Origin: Clostridia bacterium
GTDB lineage: Bacteria > Bacillota > Clostridia > Oscillospirales > CAG-272
Length of the DNA: 64,000 nucleotides
Direction of reading: 5' to 3'
Assembly: GCA_017411745.1 (NCBI GenBank)
Contig: JAFQPM010000025.1
Span: 1,595-65,594, forward strand
The notes under the pieces are model-generated. The model searched no databases and was not told the DNA's origin. It saw only the letters and a program-made list of their open reading frames with translations. This document shows positions 1 through 10,844 of this stretch, piece after piece (the stretch's first letter is position 1; the number at the start of each line of letters is the position of its first letter). A program made the position numbers and the translations under genes.

Positions 1-1607
<1,607 letters not shown>

Positions 1608-1807
1608 TTACGCAAAAAAACAAAAGTGCATAGAAATCCACCATTAATAATAACATATTTTCATCTAAAAGTAAATAGTTTTTTGAAAAAAACCGCGCTT
1701 TTTGACTCGAAAATTTTGCTTTTTGGGTGTAAAACACATCATTTTTGGCTCTTTTTTTGAAAACGATCCTTAAGGGGTATGTAAAACTGCAATTTTTTAA
1801 ATAATTC

Positions 1808-1837
1808 TTGACAACCGTATAGCAAATGAAGTATAAT
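1808..1837 (+). promoter_or_regulatory. Sigma-A-type promoter of the aminopeptidase gene
   Basis: TTGACA (1808-1813), 18-nt spacer, TATAAT (1832-1837). It overlaps the ORF-track ATG at 1826, which argues for the downstream start at 1883. Confidence 0.6.
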
Positions 1838-1882
1838 TTATATAGTGATTTTTATCCGCTTTTGAAACAAGGAGAAAAAAGA

Positions 1883-3154
1883 ATGAACGCCAAACTTTTT
1901 GAATATATCGCCGCGTCGCCCACGGCGTACCACGCCTGTGCGCATACGTCGAAGATCCTGACCGATAACGGCTTCACAGAGCTTTTTGAAAGTGAAAAAT
2001 GGGCTCTTGAGGTCGGAAAGGGCTATTTTGTCAGACGAAACGGCTCGTCGGTGATCGCTTTTAAGATCCCCAAGGGCGATTTTGGCGGCTTTATGATCGC
2101 GGCATCGCACGCGGACAGCCCCTGCCTCAAGATCAAGGAAAATCCCGAGATTGCGGACAAGCATTACGTAAAACTTTCGGTTGAGACCTACGGCGGAATG
2201 ATCTATTCGACTTGGCTTGACCGTCCATTGTCGGTTGCGGGCAGAGTGACCGTTAAGACCGAAAAGGGAATTGAGATCAGGCTTGTTGATACCAATGCCC
2301 CGATCGCGCTTATTCCCAACGTGGCGATCCACATGAATAGGTCAGCCAACAGCGGAATGAATTATAACGCGGCGGTCGATCTTATCCCGCTTTACGAGGG
2401 CGGAGAAAAGAAGGACGCCTTCAAGGGTCTTATCGCAAAAGCGGCAGGAGTATCGGTCGAGGATATCGTCACCACCGATCTTTTCCTTTACAATCCCCAG
2501 AAGGGATACGAGTGGGGAGATTTCATCAGCGCGCCGAGGCTTGACGATCTTCAGTGCGCGTTCAGCTCTCTTGAAGCTTTTCTTGGAGCGAAGGATGGAA
2601 GCGGACTGCCCGTTTGCGCGATCTTCGACAACGAGGAGGTTGGAAGTCAGACCAAGCAGGGTGCGGCGTCGACCTTCCTTTACGACGTTCTTTCCCGTAT
2701 TGCAAAGGCTCTCGGGGAGGATTATTGCAGGCTGGTTGCCAATAGCTTTATGCTTTCTTGCGACAATGCTCACGCAAGTCACCCCAACCATCCCGAATAT
2801 TCCGACAGAAACCATACCGTTTGGATGAATGAGGGTGTTGTTATCAAGTACAATGCGAATCAGAAATATACGTCCGACGCGGTATCCGCGGCGATCTTCA
2901 AGCTGATTGCCGAAAAGGCAGGCGTACCTACCCAATACTACGCGAACCGTGCCGATATGGGCGGCGGCTCAACGCTTGGAAACATCGCGAACACGCAGGT
3001 TTCGCTCAATACGGTCGATATCGGTCTTGCTCAGCTTGCAATGCACTCGTCCTTTGAGACCGCAGGCAGCAAGGACACCGAATATATGGTCCGTGCGCTG
3101 ACCGAATTTTATTCATCGTCGCTCAAAGCGACCGCGGCAGGATACGAAATTTGA
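1883..3154 (+). CDS. M18-family aminopeptidase (aspartyl aminopeptidase-like)
   Basis: MNAKLFEYIAASPTAYHA ... AASHADSPCLKIK ... DNEEVGS ... LAMHS are M18-type motifs. GGAG lies 7 nt upstream of ATG 1883. Confidence 0.85.
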   Translation: MNAKLFEYIAASPTAYHACAHTSKILTDNGFTELFESEKWALEVGKGYFVRRNGSSVIAFKIPKGDFGGFMIAASHADSPCLKIKENPEIADKHYVKLSVETYGGMIYSTWLDRPLSVAGRVTVKTEKGIEIRLVDTNAPIALIPNVAIHMNRSANSGMNYNAAVDLIPLYEGGEKKDAFKGLIAKAAGVSVEDIVTTDLFLYNPQKGYEWGDFISAPRLDDLQCAFSSLEAFLGAKDGSGLPVCAIFDNEEVGSQTKQGAASTFLYDVLSRIAKALGEDYCRLVANSFMLSCDNAHASHPNHPEYSDRNHTVWMNEGVVIKYNANQKYTSDAVSAAIFKLIAEKAGVPTQYYANRADMGGGSTLGNIANTQVSLNTVDIGLAQLAMHSSFETAGSKDTEYMVRALTEFYSSSLKATAAGYEI

Positions 3155-3179
3155 TTTTGGATCAGAAAGGAATTTTACT

Positions 3180-5279
3180 ATGTTTAATCTTGCAAAGCCT
3201 ATTTTTGCCAAAGGAAAGAGCGAGGAGCTCAACGTTTATGCCGTATTTAAGACGACCGTTGATTCTCTCAAGGGCGTGGAGCTTAAGGTGACCGCCGCTT
3301 CATTTTATCAGGTCTACGTTAACGGCAAGTTCGTCGGATTTGGTCCTGCGCGCACCGCGAAGGGATATGCCAGAATGGATGTTTTGCCGCTTGAAAAGTA
3401 TGCTGTTGAGGGTAAAAACGAGATCGTGATCGGAGTTGCGGGCTATTATTGCCGTTCCTTCAACGGAATCTTTCAACCCTCCTTCCTCAGAGCAGAGGTT
3501 GTGCGGGGCGACGAGGTGGTTGCTTGCACGGGCAGAGATTTTGATTGTTATCTTCCCGCATCCCATATTCAGAAGACCGAAAGATATTCCGCACAGCGTC
3601 ATTTCTCGGAGGTTTGGGATTTTACCGACGGAAAATCGCTTACCGACGAATCCTATCGCACGGAAATAGAGATCTTGCCCGAGACACTTACCGTGCTCAA
3701 CAGAACCGCACCCTATCCTTATTATGAGGAAGTTGTATGTGACAAGGCGCTTGTTGCAGGTCACATTACGACTGATGAAACAGTAATTCCCAAAAAGGAA
3801 AACTACTCCTTCGCACTCGATGACTTCTGGCAGGGATTTGATTACGACGAGATAGAATACCATCCCTACGCGTGGGTGCAGACACAGGTACAGCATGCCG
3901 AAAAATTCGACGTAGAGCTTCCTTTGGCTCTTGGCGACGGCGAATATGCGATCTTTGATCTTGAAAAGGTTGAAACAGGATTTTTGAAGCTCTCGGCGAA
4001 GGCAACTGCTACTGCCGACGTTGTGATCGCGTTTTCGGAATACATACCCGATAAAACGTTTCAGTTTGCGAATATGCAGGCGCACAACGTCTGCGAGGTC
4101 AAGCTTGCTGAGGGAGATACGCTCGATTGGATGAGCAGAGAGCCCTATGTTTTGCGCTATGCTATCGTTGCGCTCAAGTCGGGCGCGATCACGTTGAACG
4201 GATTTGGAGTAAAGAGATTTGAGGGCGACGTTTCAGGAGTAGTTATCCCCGAGCTTGAAAATCCCGTGCTCCGTGATATCTACCGCGCGGCAGTCCGCAC
4301 CTACGCGCACAACGTTGTTGACGTTTATATGGACTGTCCCTCCAGAGAGAGAGCAGGTTGGCTCTGCGACAGCTACTTCACGGGCAAGACCGAGCATTTC
4401 TTGTTTGGCAAGACCGACGTTGAGGACGCTTATCTTGAAAATTACCGTCTTTACAAAAATGACGGAGAGCTTCCCGAGGGCGCGATCCCGATGTGCTTCC
4501 CCGCAGACGTAAAGGATACGGGTGAGTTTATCCCTCAGTGGACTATGTGGTATATTCTTGAGGTCGAGGAATATCTCCTCTACCGCAACAAGTCGGTTGA
4601 CAGGGAAGCCTTCAGAGACAGTATTTACGGTCTGCTCGGCTTCTACGCAAGACACGAAAACGAGGACGGTCTGCTTGAAAATCTGCCCTCATGGAACTTC
4701 GTTGAATGGAGCCGCGCAAATCATTGGGTATTTAACGTAAACTATCCCACGAACTTCCTTTACGCAAGAGTACTTGAGGCGGTTTATAATATTTTCGGAG
4801 ACGAGGATTGCCTCAAGAAGTGCGCCCACGTCAGAGGTAAGGCGGTCGAACAGTCCTTTGACGGCAAGCTCTTCTGCGACCACGCGGTAAGAGGAGAGGA
4901 CGGCAAGCTTGTCAGATGTGCCGATATATCCGAAATTTGCCAATATTACGCGATCCTTTTCGCAGGAATAGATACGGCAAAGCCCGAGTATGCATATATG
5001 ATGAACCTCATAGAAAACGTATTCGGCGCAGTCCGCAAGGAGCCGATGCCCGAGATCGAGGAGATCAACGCGTTTATCGGTGTTTATCTGCGCCTTGAAG
5101 CTATGCTTAAGCTTAAGAAATACGACCTCGTGCTTAACGATATCGAGACCTTCTTCGGCGATATGGAAAGGCTTACGGGTACGCTCTGGGAAAACAGATC
5201 GGTCGACGGAAGCCTAGACCACGGATTTGCATGCTACGCGCTGGTTGCTATGACCAAGGCGCTTGAGGCGAAGAAGTAA
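3180..5279 (+). CDS. Alpha-L-rhamnosidase-related (GH78-like) six-hairpin glycosidase
   Basis: The N-terminal region reads LKVTAASFYQVYVNGKFVGFGPAR (rhamnosidase N-domain pattern). MDCPSRERAGWLCDSYF resembles the DCPxRER(L)GW(T)GD catalytic-domain motif. Confidence 0.6.
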   Translation: MFNLAKPIFAKGKSEELNVYAVFKTTVDSLKGVELKVTAASFYQVYVNGKFVGFGPARTAKGYARMDVLPLEKYAVEGKNEIVIGVAGYYCRSFNGIFQPSFLRAEVVRGDEVVACTGRDFDCYLPASHIQKTERYSAQRHFSEVWDFTDGKSLTDESYRTEIEILPETLTVLNRTAPYPYYEEVVCDKALVAGHITTDETVIPKKENYSFALDDFWQGFDYDEIEYHPYAWVQTQVQHAEKFDVELPLALGDGEYAIFDLEKVETGFLKLSAKATATADVVIAFSEYIPDKTFQFANMQAHNVCEVKLAEGDTLDWMSREPYVLRYAIVALKSGAITLNGFGVKRFEGDVSGVVIPELENPVLRDIYRAAVRTYAHNVVDVYMDCPSRERAGWLCDSYFTGKTEHFLFGKTDVEDAYLENYRLYKNDGELPEGAIPMCFPADVKDTGEFIPQWTMWYILEVEEYLLYRNKSVDREAFRDSIYGLLGFYARHENEDGLLENLPSWNFVEWSRANHWVFNVNYPTNFLYARVLEAVYNIFGDEDCLKKCAHVRGKAVEQSFDGKLFCDHAVRGEDGKLVRCADISEICQYYAILFAGIDTAKPEYAYMMNLIENVFGAVRKEPMPEIEEINAFIGVYLRLEAMLKLKKYDLVLNDIETFFGDMERLTGTLWENRSVDGSLDHGFACYALVAMTKALEAKK

Positions 5280-5291
5280 GAAATAAAACAA

Positions 5292-5322
5292 AACAAGGCG
5301 TTCTCAAAACGCCTTGTTTTTC
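5292..5322. terminator. Bidirectional rho-independent terminator between convergent genes
   Basis: Stem AACAAGGCG (5292-5300) pairs with CGCCTTGTT (5310-5318). It is flanked by an A-run and a T-run. Confidence 0.75.
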
Positions 5323-5323
5323 T

Positions 5324-6286
5324 TTAGTTGATAGTGATCTTAATATCTCCCGTGTCGGTGTATATCTCGCATATACCGCCAGTAGTCGTGTGAGGAAGAT
5401 CAACGTCACCCGTGTCAGTATGGTATATGAATACTTTTTCCGAGAGCAGAGAGCCCTTAACGTCGCCAGTGTCGGTCATAATAAAGAGCTGGGCGGCGTC
5501 ACATCCGTCAAGCTTTACGTCACCCGTGCTTCTCTCAACGGAGAGCACTTCGCCTACGATCACGTTTTTCAGAATCATATTGCCCGTGCTGCCTCTTGAC
5601 GAGAGATTTTCGCAGATCACGTCTGTAAGAGTTGTTTTTCCCGTGCTTACCGCAATTTTGATCTCGCCGTCGCATTTTACGTGAGAAGCAACGATATTGC
5701 CCGTCGAGACAGAAATATCAAGCTCCTTTGCGGATATATCTTCAACGCAAACGTTACCCGTGCTCATCTTGATCCTTATATCACCCGATGCGGAGGCAAA
5801 ATTCTTTACGTCACCCGTATCCGTGGAGATGTCGATCTTTTCAAATTTGAGCTCCTTGGGTATTTCAACGTCACCCGTATCTGATTTCAGCAAAAGCTGA
5901 CCGTATTCGCCTTTCGGAATGTAAACGGTTATACTTGGTGAGTTAAAACCGATGCCTATATGCTCGTACCATTTTCTCGTGTCGACGACCTTTATTGTGA
6001 GCGTACCGTCCTTTACCGTGACCGAGTGCTTCATATTGGTTTGCTCGTAGCAGCTGACCGAGCAGCTTGAGTCTTCGGAAGGAACGAATTTAACGTCGGT
6101 AGTATCGACGTCGATCGAGATAGCAGAGAAGCCTTCGGTTATTTCATATTCATTCGTTACGTATTTATTTGTAGATAATTTTGTAAAATCCCATTTTAGC
6201 ATTGCCATCACGCCTCCAAAAACGACCGCTCCGATCAGTACGAGAGAAGCGGCTATAACTAGCCAGATCTTCATTGCCTTGCTCAT
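5324..6286 (-). CDS. DUF4097-family protein (membrane-anchored, repeated TGDV/TGNV beta units)
   Basis: An N-terminal TM segment is followed by repeated DTGDV / STGNV / STGDV units. Start set at ATG 6286 (AGGAG upstream), which overlaps the upstream stop as ATGA. Confidence 0.75.
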   Translation of the reverse strand: MSKAMKIWLVIAASLVLIGAVVFGGVMAMLKWDFTKLSTNKYVTNEYEITEGFSAISIDVDTTDVKFVPSEDSSCSVSCYEQTNMKHSVTVKDGTLTIKVVDTRKWYEHIGIGFNSPSITVYIPKGEYGQLLLKSDTGDVEIPKELKFEKIDISTDTGDVKNFASASGDIRIKMSTGNVCVEDISAKELDISVSTGNIVASHVKCDGEIKIAVSTGKTTLTDVICENLSSRGSTGNMILKNVIVGEVLSVERSTGDVKLDGCDAAQLFIMTDTGDVKGSLLSEKVFIYHTDTGDVDLPHTTTGGICEIYTDTGDIKITIN

Positions 6287-6885
6287 TCTGCTTTCTCCTT
6301 TCTTACAAAACATTTTTTAACACCCAAAGCAAGCTTTTTGGTAAGCAATATAATGCCTTTGGTTGCTTCGTGGCAGCCGAAAAACATAAAGATCGCAAGT
6401 CCCGCGCAGACAATAGCAGCACCGATCATTGCAACGCCTACAAGCGCGTTGTCGAATATAGCAAACACAATGCCGGCAAACGCAACTCCAAGGGCGGATG
6501 CGGCAAGTGCAGCGAAGATTGCCCAGACAGAAACGATCAGAGACCAGAGCACCACGTAGAGCGATAGGATCACCACGAATGCGGCAACAGCAAGAGAGAG
6601 CCATATCGGAGAACCGAGTATCAAAAGCACGATCTCCCAAGCCTTCATTCTTCTTTTCGGCTTGATCCTTTCCTTTGCGATCTTTGCAAAGGGAATATCC
6701 GATATTATCTGTGCCGAGATCTCGTCCACGGATCCAACGCCTGCAACGGCGTCCTCCTCGCTCAAACCGTCTTCTATACGGTCGTCGATCATTTCGCTGT
6801 AAAAGGCAAGACGTTCTTCAAGCTCTTGCTTCGGCAGTCCGACGAGATCTGCGCGAAGCTTGTCGAGAAATTCTTGTTTAAGCAT
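6283..6885 (-). CDS. DUF1700-family membrane protein (PadR-associated)
   Basis: MLKQEFLDKLRADLVGLPKQELEERLAFYSEMIDD is the typical DUF1700 N-terminus. The C-terminal half has TM helices. It lies between PadR and DUF4097, as in the common three-gene operon. Confidence 0.8.
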   Translation of the reverse strand: MLKQEFLDKLRADLVGLPKQELEERLAFYSEMIDDRIEDGLSEEDAVAGVGSVDEISAQIISDIPFAKIAKERIKPKRRMKAWEIVLLILGSPIWLSLAVAAFVVILSLYVVLWSLIVSVWAIFAALAASALGVAFAGIVFAIFDNALVGVAMIGAAIVCAGLAIFMFFGCHEATKGIILLTKKLALGVKKCFVRKEKAE

Positions 6886-7198
6886 TTTTCGAGTCCTCCT
6901 TGGTTATGAATTGGTAGATAGACATGACCTCGCGCCACTCGTTCTTGAATTCCTCGATGCGCTCAAGACCTGCCTTTGTAATATGATAATATTTTCGTAA
7001 TCTTCCGTTATGCTCTGCGGTTCGGACGGTCAGCATTTTCGCCGTTTCCAATCGTTTTAAGATCGTATATAGAGTGGATTCCGACATTTCCGTATATGGC
7101 TTCATATCTTTTATGATTTTGTAGCCGTACGAATCCTCGTCCTTGATAGCGGCTAATAAGCAAACGTCGAGTATTCCGCGTTTTAATTGAATATCCAT
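6878..7198 (-). CDS. PadR-family transcriptional regulator
   Basis: YGYKIIKDM ... STLYTILKRLE ... RKYYHITKAGLE form a winged-helix signature. Start moved to ATG 7198 (GGAG 6 nt upstream). The longer ORF reaching 7285 runs through a leader whose paralogue at the window end has a stop in that frame. Confidence 0.85.
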   Translation of the reverse strand: MDIQLKRGILDVCLLAAIKDEDSYGYKIIKDMKPYTEMSESTLYTILKRLETAKMLTVRTAEHNGRLRKYYHITKAGLERIEEFKNEWREVMSIYQFITKEDSKNA

Positions 7199-7332
7199 AT
7201 AAATCTCCATTCCGCCGCCGGCGACAGCACAAATAGCAATCGATGAATTTTGCTGAGAAGGCAAAATTCGCGCGTGAAAAAGCATGCGTAACCGTTAGAA
7301 AGAAGTAACTTTTACGCTATACCCCTCCTTAC
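7199..7332 (-). promoter_or_regulatory. Conserved ~130-nt 5' leader of the PadR operon (copy A)
   Basis: This is the transcribed region between the -10 box and ATG 7198. Most positions are identical to 63879-64000 on the + strand. It contains the palindrome AATTTTGC-N7-GCAAAATT and a block CTATTTGTGCTGTCG. Confidence 0.6.
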
Positions 7333-7339
7333 GCAATAC

Positions 7340-7368
7340 ATCATATCACGAAGTATTAATTTTGTCAA
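7340..7368 (-). promoter_or_regulatory. Promoter of the PadR-DUF1700-DUF4097 operon
   Basis: On the minus strand: TTGACA (7368-7363), 17-nt spacer, TATGAT (7345-7340). Confidence 0.65.
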
Positions 7369-7387
7369 TACGTTTTTGCAAATTTTT

Positions 7388-7427
7388 TGAAAAGAAAAAG
7401 CGCCAAGCGGCTTTTGCCGCTTGGCGC
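7388..7427 (-). terminator. Rho-independent terminator of the SDR gene
   Basis: A perfect 12-bp stem, GCGCCAAGCGGC (7400-7411) with GCCGCTTGGCGC (7416-7427). It is followed on the minus strand by a U-rich tract. Confidence 0.85.
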
Positions 7428-7442
7428 AATGCAATCTAAATA

Positions 7443-8207
7443 TTACAGAGTAGAGCCGAAATCGGTAACGATGGTCTGTCCTGTGATCGCTCTCGACTCG
7501 TCGGAAGCGAAGAAGAGAAGCATATTTGCCACGTCGTCGGGCATGCAGGGCTGAACCTTGAGGTCGTTGTGCTTCATCATCTGACCAAAGATGTTCATAT
7601 CCATGTTGGAGGGATTCATTCCCGCAACCATGGGGGTCACGATAGTGCCGGGACAGATCGCGTTGCAGCGCACGTTGGTGCCTGCAAAACGGAGCGCTGT
7701 GTGACGGGTAATACCGATAACAGCCGCCTTGGAGGCAACGTAAGCCGCGCCGCCGCAGCCCATAACGCCCGCTACCGAAGCTACGTTAACGATAGAGCCG
7801 TAGCCCGTTTTTGCCATCTCTGCGCTGATCTCGCGCATCATGCACATAGTGCCCTTGGTGTTGATGTCTATAACGCGGTTCATATCATCGTCGGTGAAGC
7901 TGTCTATCGCCTTGAGTCCCTCGTCAAGAACACCTGCGTTGTTGATAAGGATATCGACCTTGCCGAACGCTTCAAGAGTTGCATCAAGAACTCTCTTTGC
8001 GTCCTCGACCTTGGAGATATCACTGACAACGGGGAGTACCTCTCCGCCTGCCGCGCGGATCTTTTCGGCAACGTCAAGAAGGGGAGCTTCGCGGCGACCG
8101 GTAATAACTACCTTTGCGCCCTCTGCGGCAAATTTTACTGCGGTTGCCGCGCCAACGCCCGAGTTTCCACCTGTGATAATTGCTACTTTGTCTTGTAAAC
8201 GGTTCAT
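7443..8207 (-). CDS. Short-chain dehydrogenase/reductase (SDR) family oxidoreductase
   Basis: Motifs TGGNSGVG, NNAG and YVASKAA (YxxxK) are present. Start set at ATG 8207, with GGAGG 5 nt upstream. Confidence 0.9.
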   Translation of the reverse strand: MNRLQDKVAIITGGNSGVGAATAVKFAAEGAKVVITGRREAPLLDVAEKIRAAGGEVLPVVSDISKVEDAKRVLDATLEAFGKVDILINNAGVLDEGLKAIDSFTDDDMNRVIDINTKGTMCMMREISAEMAKTGYGSIVNVASVAGVMGCGGAAYVASKAAVIGITRHTALRFAGTNVRCNAICPGTIVTPMVAGMNPSNMDMNIFGQMMKHNDLKVQPCMPDDVANMLLFFASDESRAITGQTIVTDFGSTL

Positions 8208-8363
8208 ATTAGCCTCCATTCCGCCGCCTGTGGCGGCATAAATTTTAATTTGTATCTGGTTTTATTGTAACATAAAAGTCGGGAAAATACAAGAGGGGTG
8301 CAATAAATAACAAATATTTCTACTGCCAAGTTTATGAGTTTTTCTGACAAAATCTAATCAAAA

Positions 8364-8405
8364 TAGAAAAAAATCACCGCAAACGTAAAAACATTTGCGG
8401 TGATT
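8364..8405 (-). terminator. Terminator closing the AT-rich three-gene operon
   Basis: Stem AATCACCGCAAA (8372-8383) pairs with TTTGCGGTGATT (8394-8405). It is followed on the minus strand by a run of U (A-run on the + strand at about 8365-8373). Confidence 0.8.
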
Positions 8406-8471
8406 TGGCTTTGTATTATTTTTTGTTTTCTTTTACATTGTCAAAGAGATGTCAAAAGGATCGTAAGTGTT

Positions 8472-9635
8472 TTACTTGTTTCCTTTTGCCCTGTTATGAG
8501 TTTTGCAGAGCATTTGGCAGTTGCTTATATCCGTTGCACCGCCTTTACTCCAAGCGGTAACGTGGTCGGCATCCATTTCGGTAATCTTCCAAATGCGGTT
8601 TTTGTTGTTATCTGCTCCCAAAGCACACAAGGGGCAGTTAGAAAGATTCTGTTGCTTTGCCTGTGTGGTCTGCTGTGTGTAAACGGTCTTTTTAGTGGGC
8701 TCGTCAAACACTCTTATGTTTAGAAGTTTGTTATCGGCGCAACCACCGAGAATGTACTCATAAACGCCTTTCTTGTCTTTAACGTAAAAGTCGGAATACA
8801 ATTCTTTGAGCTTTGAAGATACTTCATCAGGAGCGTAAGCGTTTGTGTGGTACTGCTCGTAGAATTCGCCCCACGGCAGACCTCGCATTTCGCTTTCTAC
8901 ATCAATAAACACACTTGACACCCAATCTATAACGCTGGTGAAATAAGCCTTAAGCTCATTGATATTATCGTCATAGCGGTGTTTGCTCATGTAATCATCA
9001 ATATTGCCTTTGCTCACCCAAGACAACGCTGTACGCAAATAATCCTGTCTTATCACGCTACCAGATATGTATGCACTCCATTTCTGGATGTTGGCGTTCT
9101 GGCTGTTGGAAAATTCCTCTTTTGCTTTAGTGACAAAAGGGCCAGAGTGGATAGCGTTGGAAAGCTCCTGCTCGTTAAGGGGTATTCCTGCAATATTGAT
9201 TGTCTTAAACCACTCTTTGATTTCGCTTTCTGTACCCTCACAAATATAGATTGTTAGCTTGGTCTGCATTATTTTGTCCTGCAGATCTTTGGCAAGACCA
9301 GAGAAATATCTCGGTATGCCGTTGCTGTCATTGATGGCAAATTTGCCTGTTACGTATCGTCCAAAGCTGGTTATACGCTGTTGTCCGTCCAAAACCTCAT
9401 ATTTATCCTCTGCCACCTTTGTGAAGTAGATAAGTCCGAGAGGATAACCCTTGAGGATGGAGTCAATAACAGCCACATCACGCTTTCCGTCAGCGTAGAT
9501 ATAGTTACGCTGATATTCGGGCTGAATAGTCAGTTTGCCAGAAAGACCGAACAAACCTTTGCCCTCATATTCGTTATAGACAAAACCTTTACATATATCT
9601 GCAATGGTTATGTCGGTTACTAATGTGGTAATCAT
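8472..9635 (-). CDS. DUF262 (ParB-like NTPase, GmrSD N-domain type) fused to a C-terminal HNH nuclease
   Basis: DGQQRITS is the DUF262 DGQQR motif. The C-terminus reads CPLC ... [12 protein letters not shown] ... [10 protein letters not shown] (HNH). Start at ATG 9635 with AAGGAAGGAG upstream and a 4-nt ATGA overlap with the methyltransferase stop. Confidence 0.8.
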   Translation of the reverse strand: MITTLVTDITIADICKGFVYNEYEGKGLFGLSGKLTIQPEYQRNYIYADGKRDVAVIDSILKGYPLGLIYFTKVAEDKYEVLDGQQRITSFGRYVTGKFAINDSNGIPRYFSGLAKDLQDKIMQTKLTIYICEGTESEIKEWFKTINIAGIPLNEQELSNAIHSGPFVTKAKEEFSNSQNANIQKWSAYISGSVIRQDYLRTALSWVSKGNIDDYMSKHRYDDNINELKAYFTSVIDWVSSVFIDVESEMRGLPWGEFYEQYHTNAYAPDEVSSKLKELYSDFYVKDKKGVYEYILGGCADNKLLNIRVFDEPTKKTVYTQQTTQAKQQNLSNCPLCALGADNNKNRIWKITEMDADHVTAWSKGGATDISNCQMLCKTHNRAKGNK

Positions 9636-10825
9636 TTTATAGCTCCTTCCTTTACAAAATCTTCTGGGTGCAACTTTATCCATTCATCCGTATATCGTAT
9701 CAAAATGCGAGAAAATGGAATTTTGGCATTGCCATCACTATCGTAATAGCACAGCATCTTCATACCCTTTGTATAGTGTCCTTTTCCACCTTGTTGTCTA
9801 TATACATTCAAAAATTCTTCTGGCATTCTTTCTATGCCTACGACAATATTTTCGTCTTCTCTTTCATAACCCAACAACTCAAATTGTTCGCAACAGTAAG
9901 TGCCCATAAATGATTTGGGTACACCCATTATGCCTTTATAGTCTTTGGGAATAGCATCGGAATACGGAACATCCAAGGCATCAAATGTTATGTATTTGGC
10001 GTACGGTTTTCCGTTAACTTCTTTGTGTTTGCTGAATTTAATGTTATCTTCCATAGTCATCAAACTCATTGGCTGATGACGGCGACCGTGCTCAATATTA
10101 GTAAACCAAACAACGCCAGAAACACGTATCATGCCTTCTCTGTGGTCACTGGCAGTTGCATAATCTGTGTAATATTTGTTGATGAAATGAGCCGCACCGC
10201 CCTTGAAACCTCTGCCGAGCCACATTTTATTTTTCATAATCAAAGGAAAAACTTCTTTGTATGTAATCGCATTTTGATTTCCTATGATTAAAAATTGCTT
10301 ATCTGCTTCAACAATCCAAGACAAAAATTCTTTGAATAGGGAAAAAGGGGGATTGGTTATGATAATATCCGCTTCATCTCTTAACGCTTTTACTTCTTCG
10401 CTCCTAAAATCTCCATCACCCTCCAAATAGTGCCATTCCAAATCATCAATGTCTATCACACCAGATTTGTTGTTATCTCTGGTGAGAGTAAAGATTTTTC
10501 CATGTGTATTAGTCTTGCTTTCGTCGAATTGCGGAGACTCCATTTCAAAAATAGAAAGCTGGTAGCCCTCTTTGATATTTCTGCTCTCTATAGCGTAGCT
10601 GGTACTAATAATCTTTTTTAGTCCAAAATTTTCAAAATTTTGAGCAAAGAAGCGAGTAAAGTTGCTCCATTCAGGATCATCACATGGAAGCAAGATTGTC
10701 TTGCCCTTAAACACATCGGAGTTATACTCCAAGTAGGCATTGACTTCTCTCTGTATATCTTCGTATTGCGTATAAAACTCGTCGTTTTTTGCGTTCTTCG
10801 CTTCGGAAAGTTTTTTGTTTGCCAT
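9632..10825 (-). CDS. EcoRI-methylase-family N6-adenine DNA methyltransferase
   Basis: N-terminal [10 protein letters not shown] plus motif [17 protein letters not shown] lies 5-6 nt upstream of ATG 10825. Confidence 0.75.
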   Translation of the reverse strand: MANKKLSEAKNAKNDEFYTQYEDIQREVNAYLEYNSDVFKGKTILLPCDDPEWSNFTRFFAQNFENFGLKKIISTSYAIESRNIKEGYQLSIFEMESPQFDESKTNTHGKIFTLTRDNNKSGVIDIDDLEWHYLEGDGDFRSEEVKALRDEADIIITNPPFSLFKEFLSWIVEADKQFLIIGNQNAITYKEVFPLIMKNKMWLGRGFKGGAAHFINKYYTDYATASDHREGMIRVSGVVWFTNIEHGRRHQPMSLMTMEDNIKFSKHKEVNGKPYAKYITFDALDVPYSDAIPKDYKGIMGVPKSFMGTYCCEQFELLGYEREDENIVVGIERMPEEFLNVYRQQGGKGHYTKGMKMLCYYDSDGNAKIPFSRILIRYTDEWIKLHPEDFVKEGAIK

Positions 10826-10844
10826 TTTTTACCTCAATTACTCA

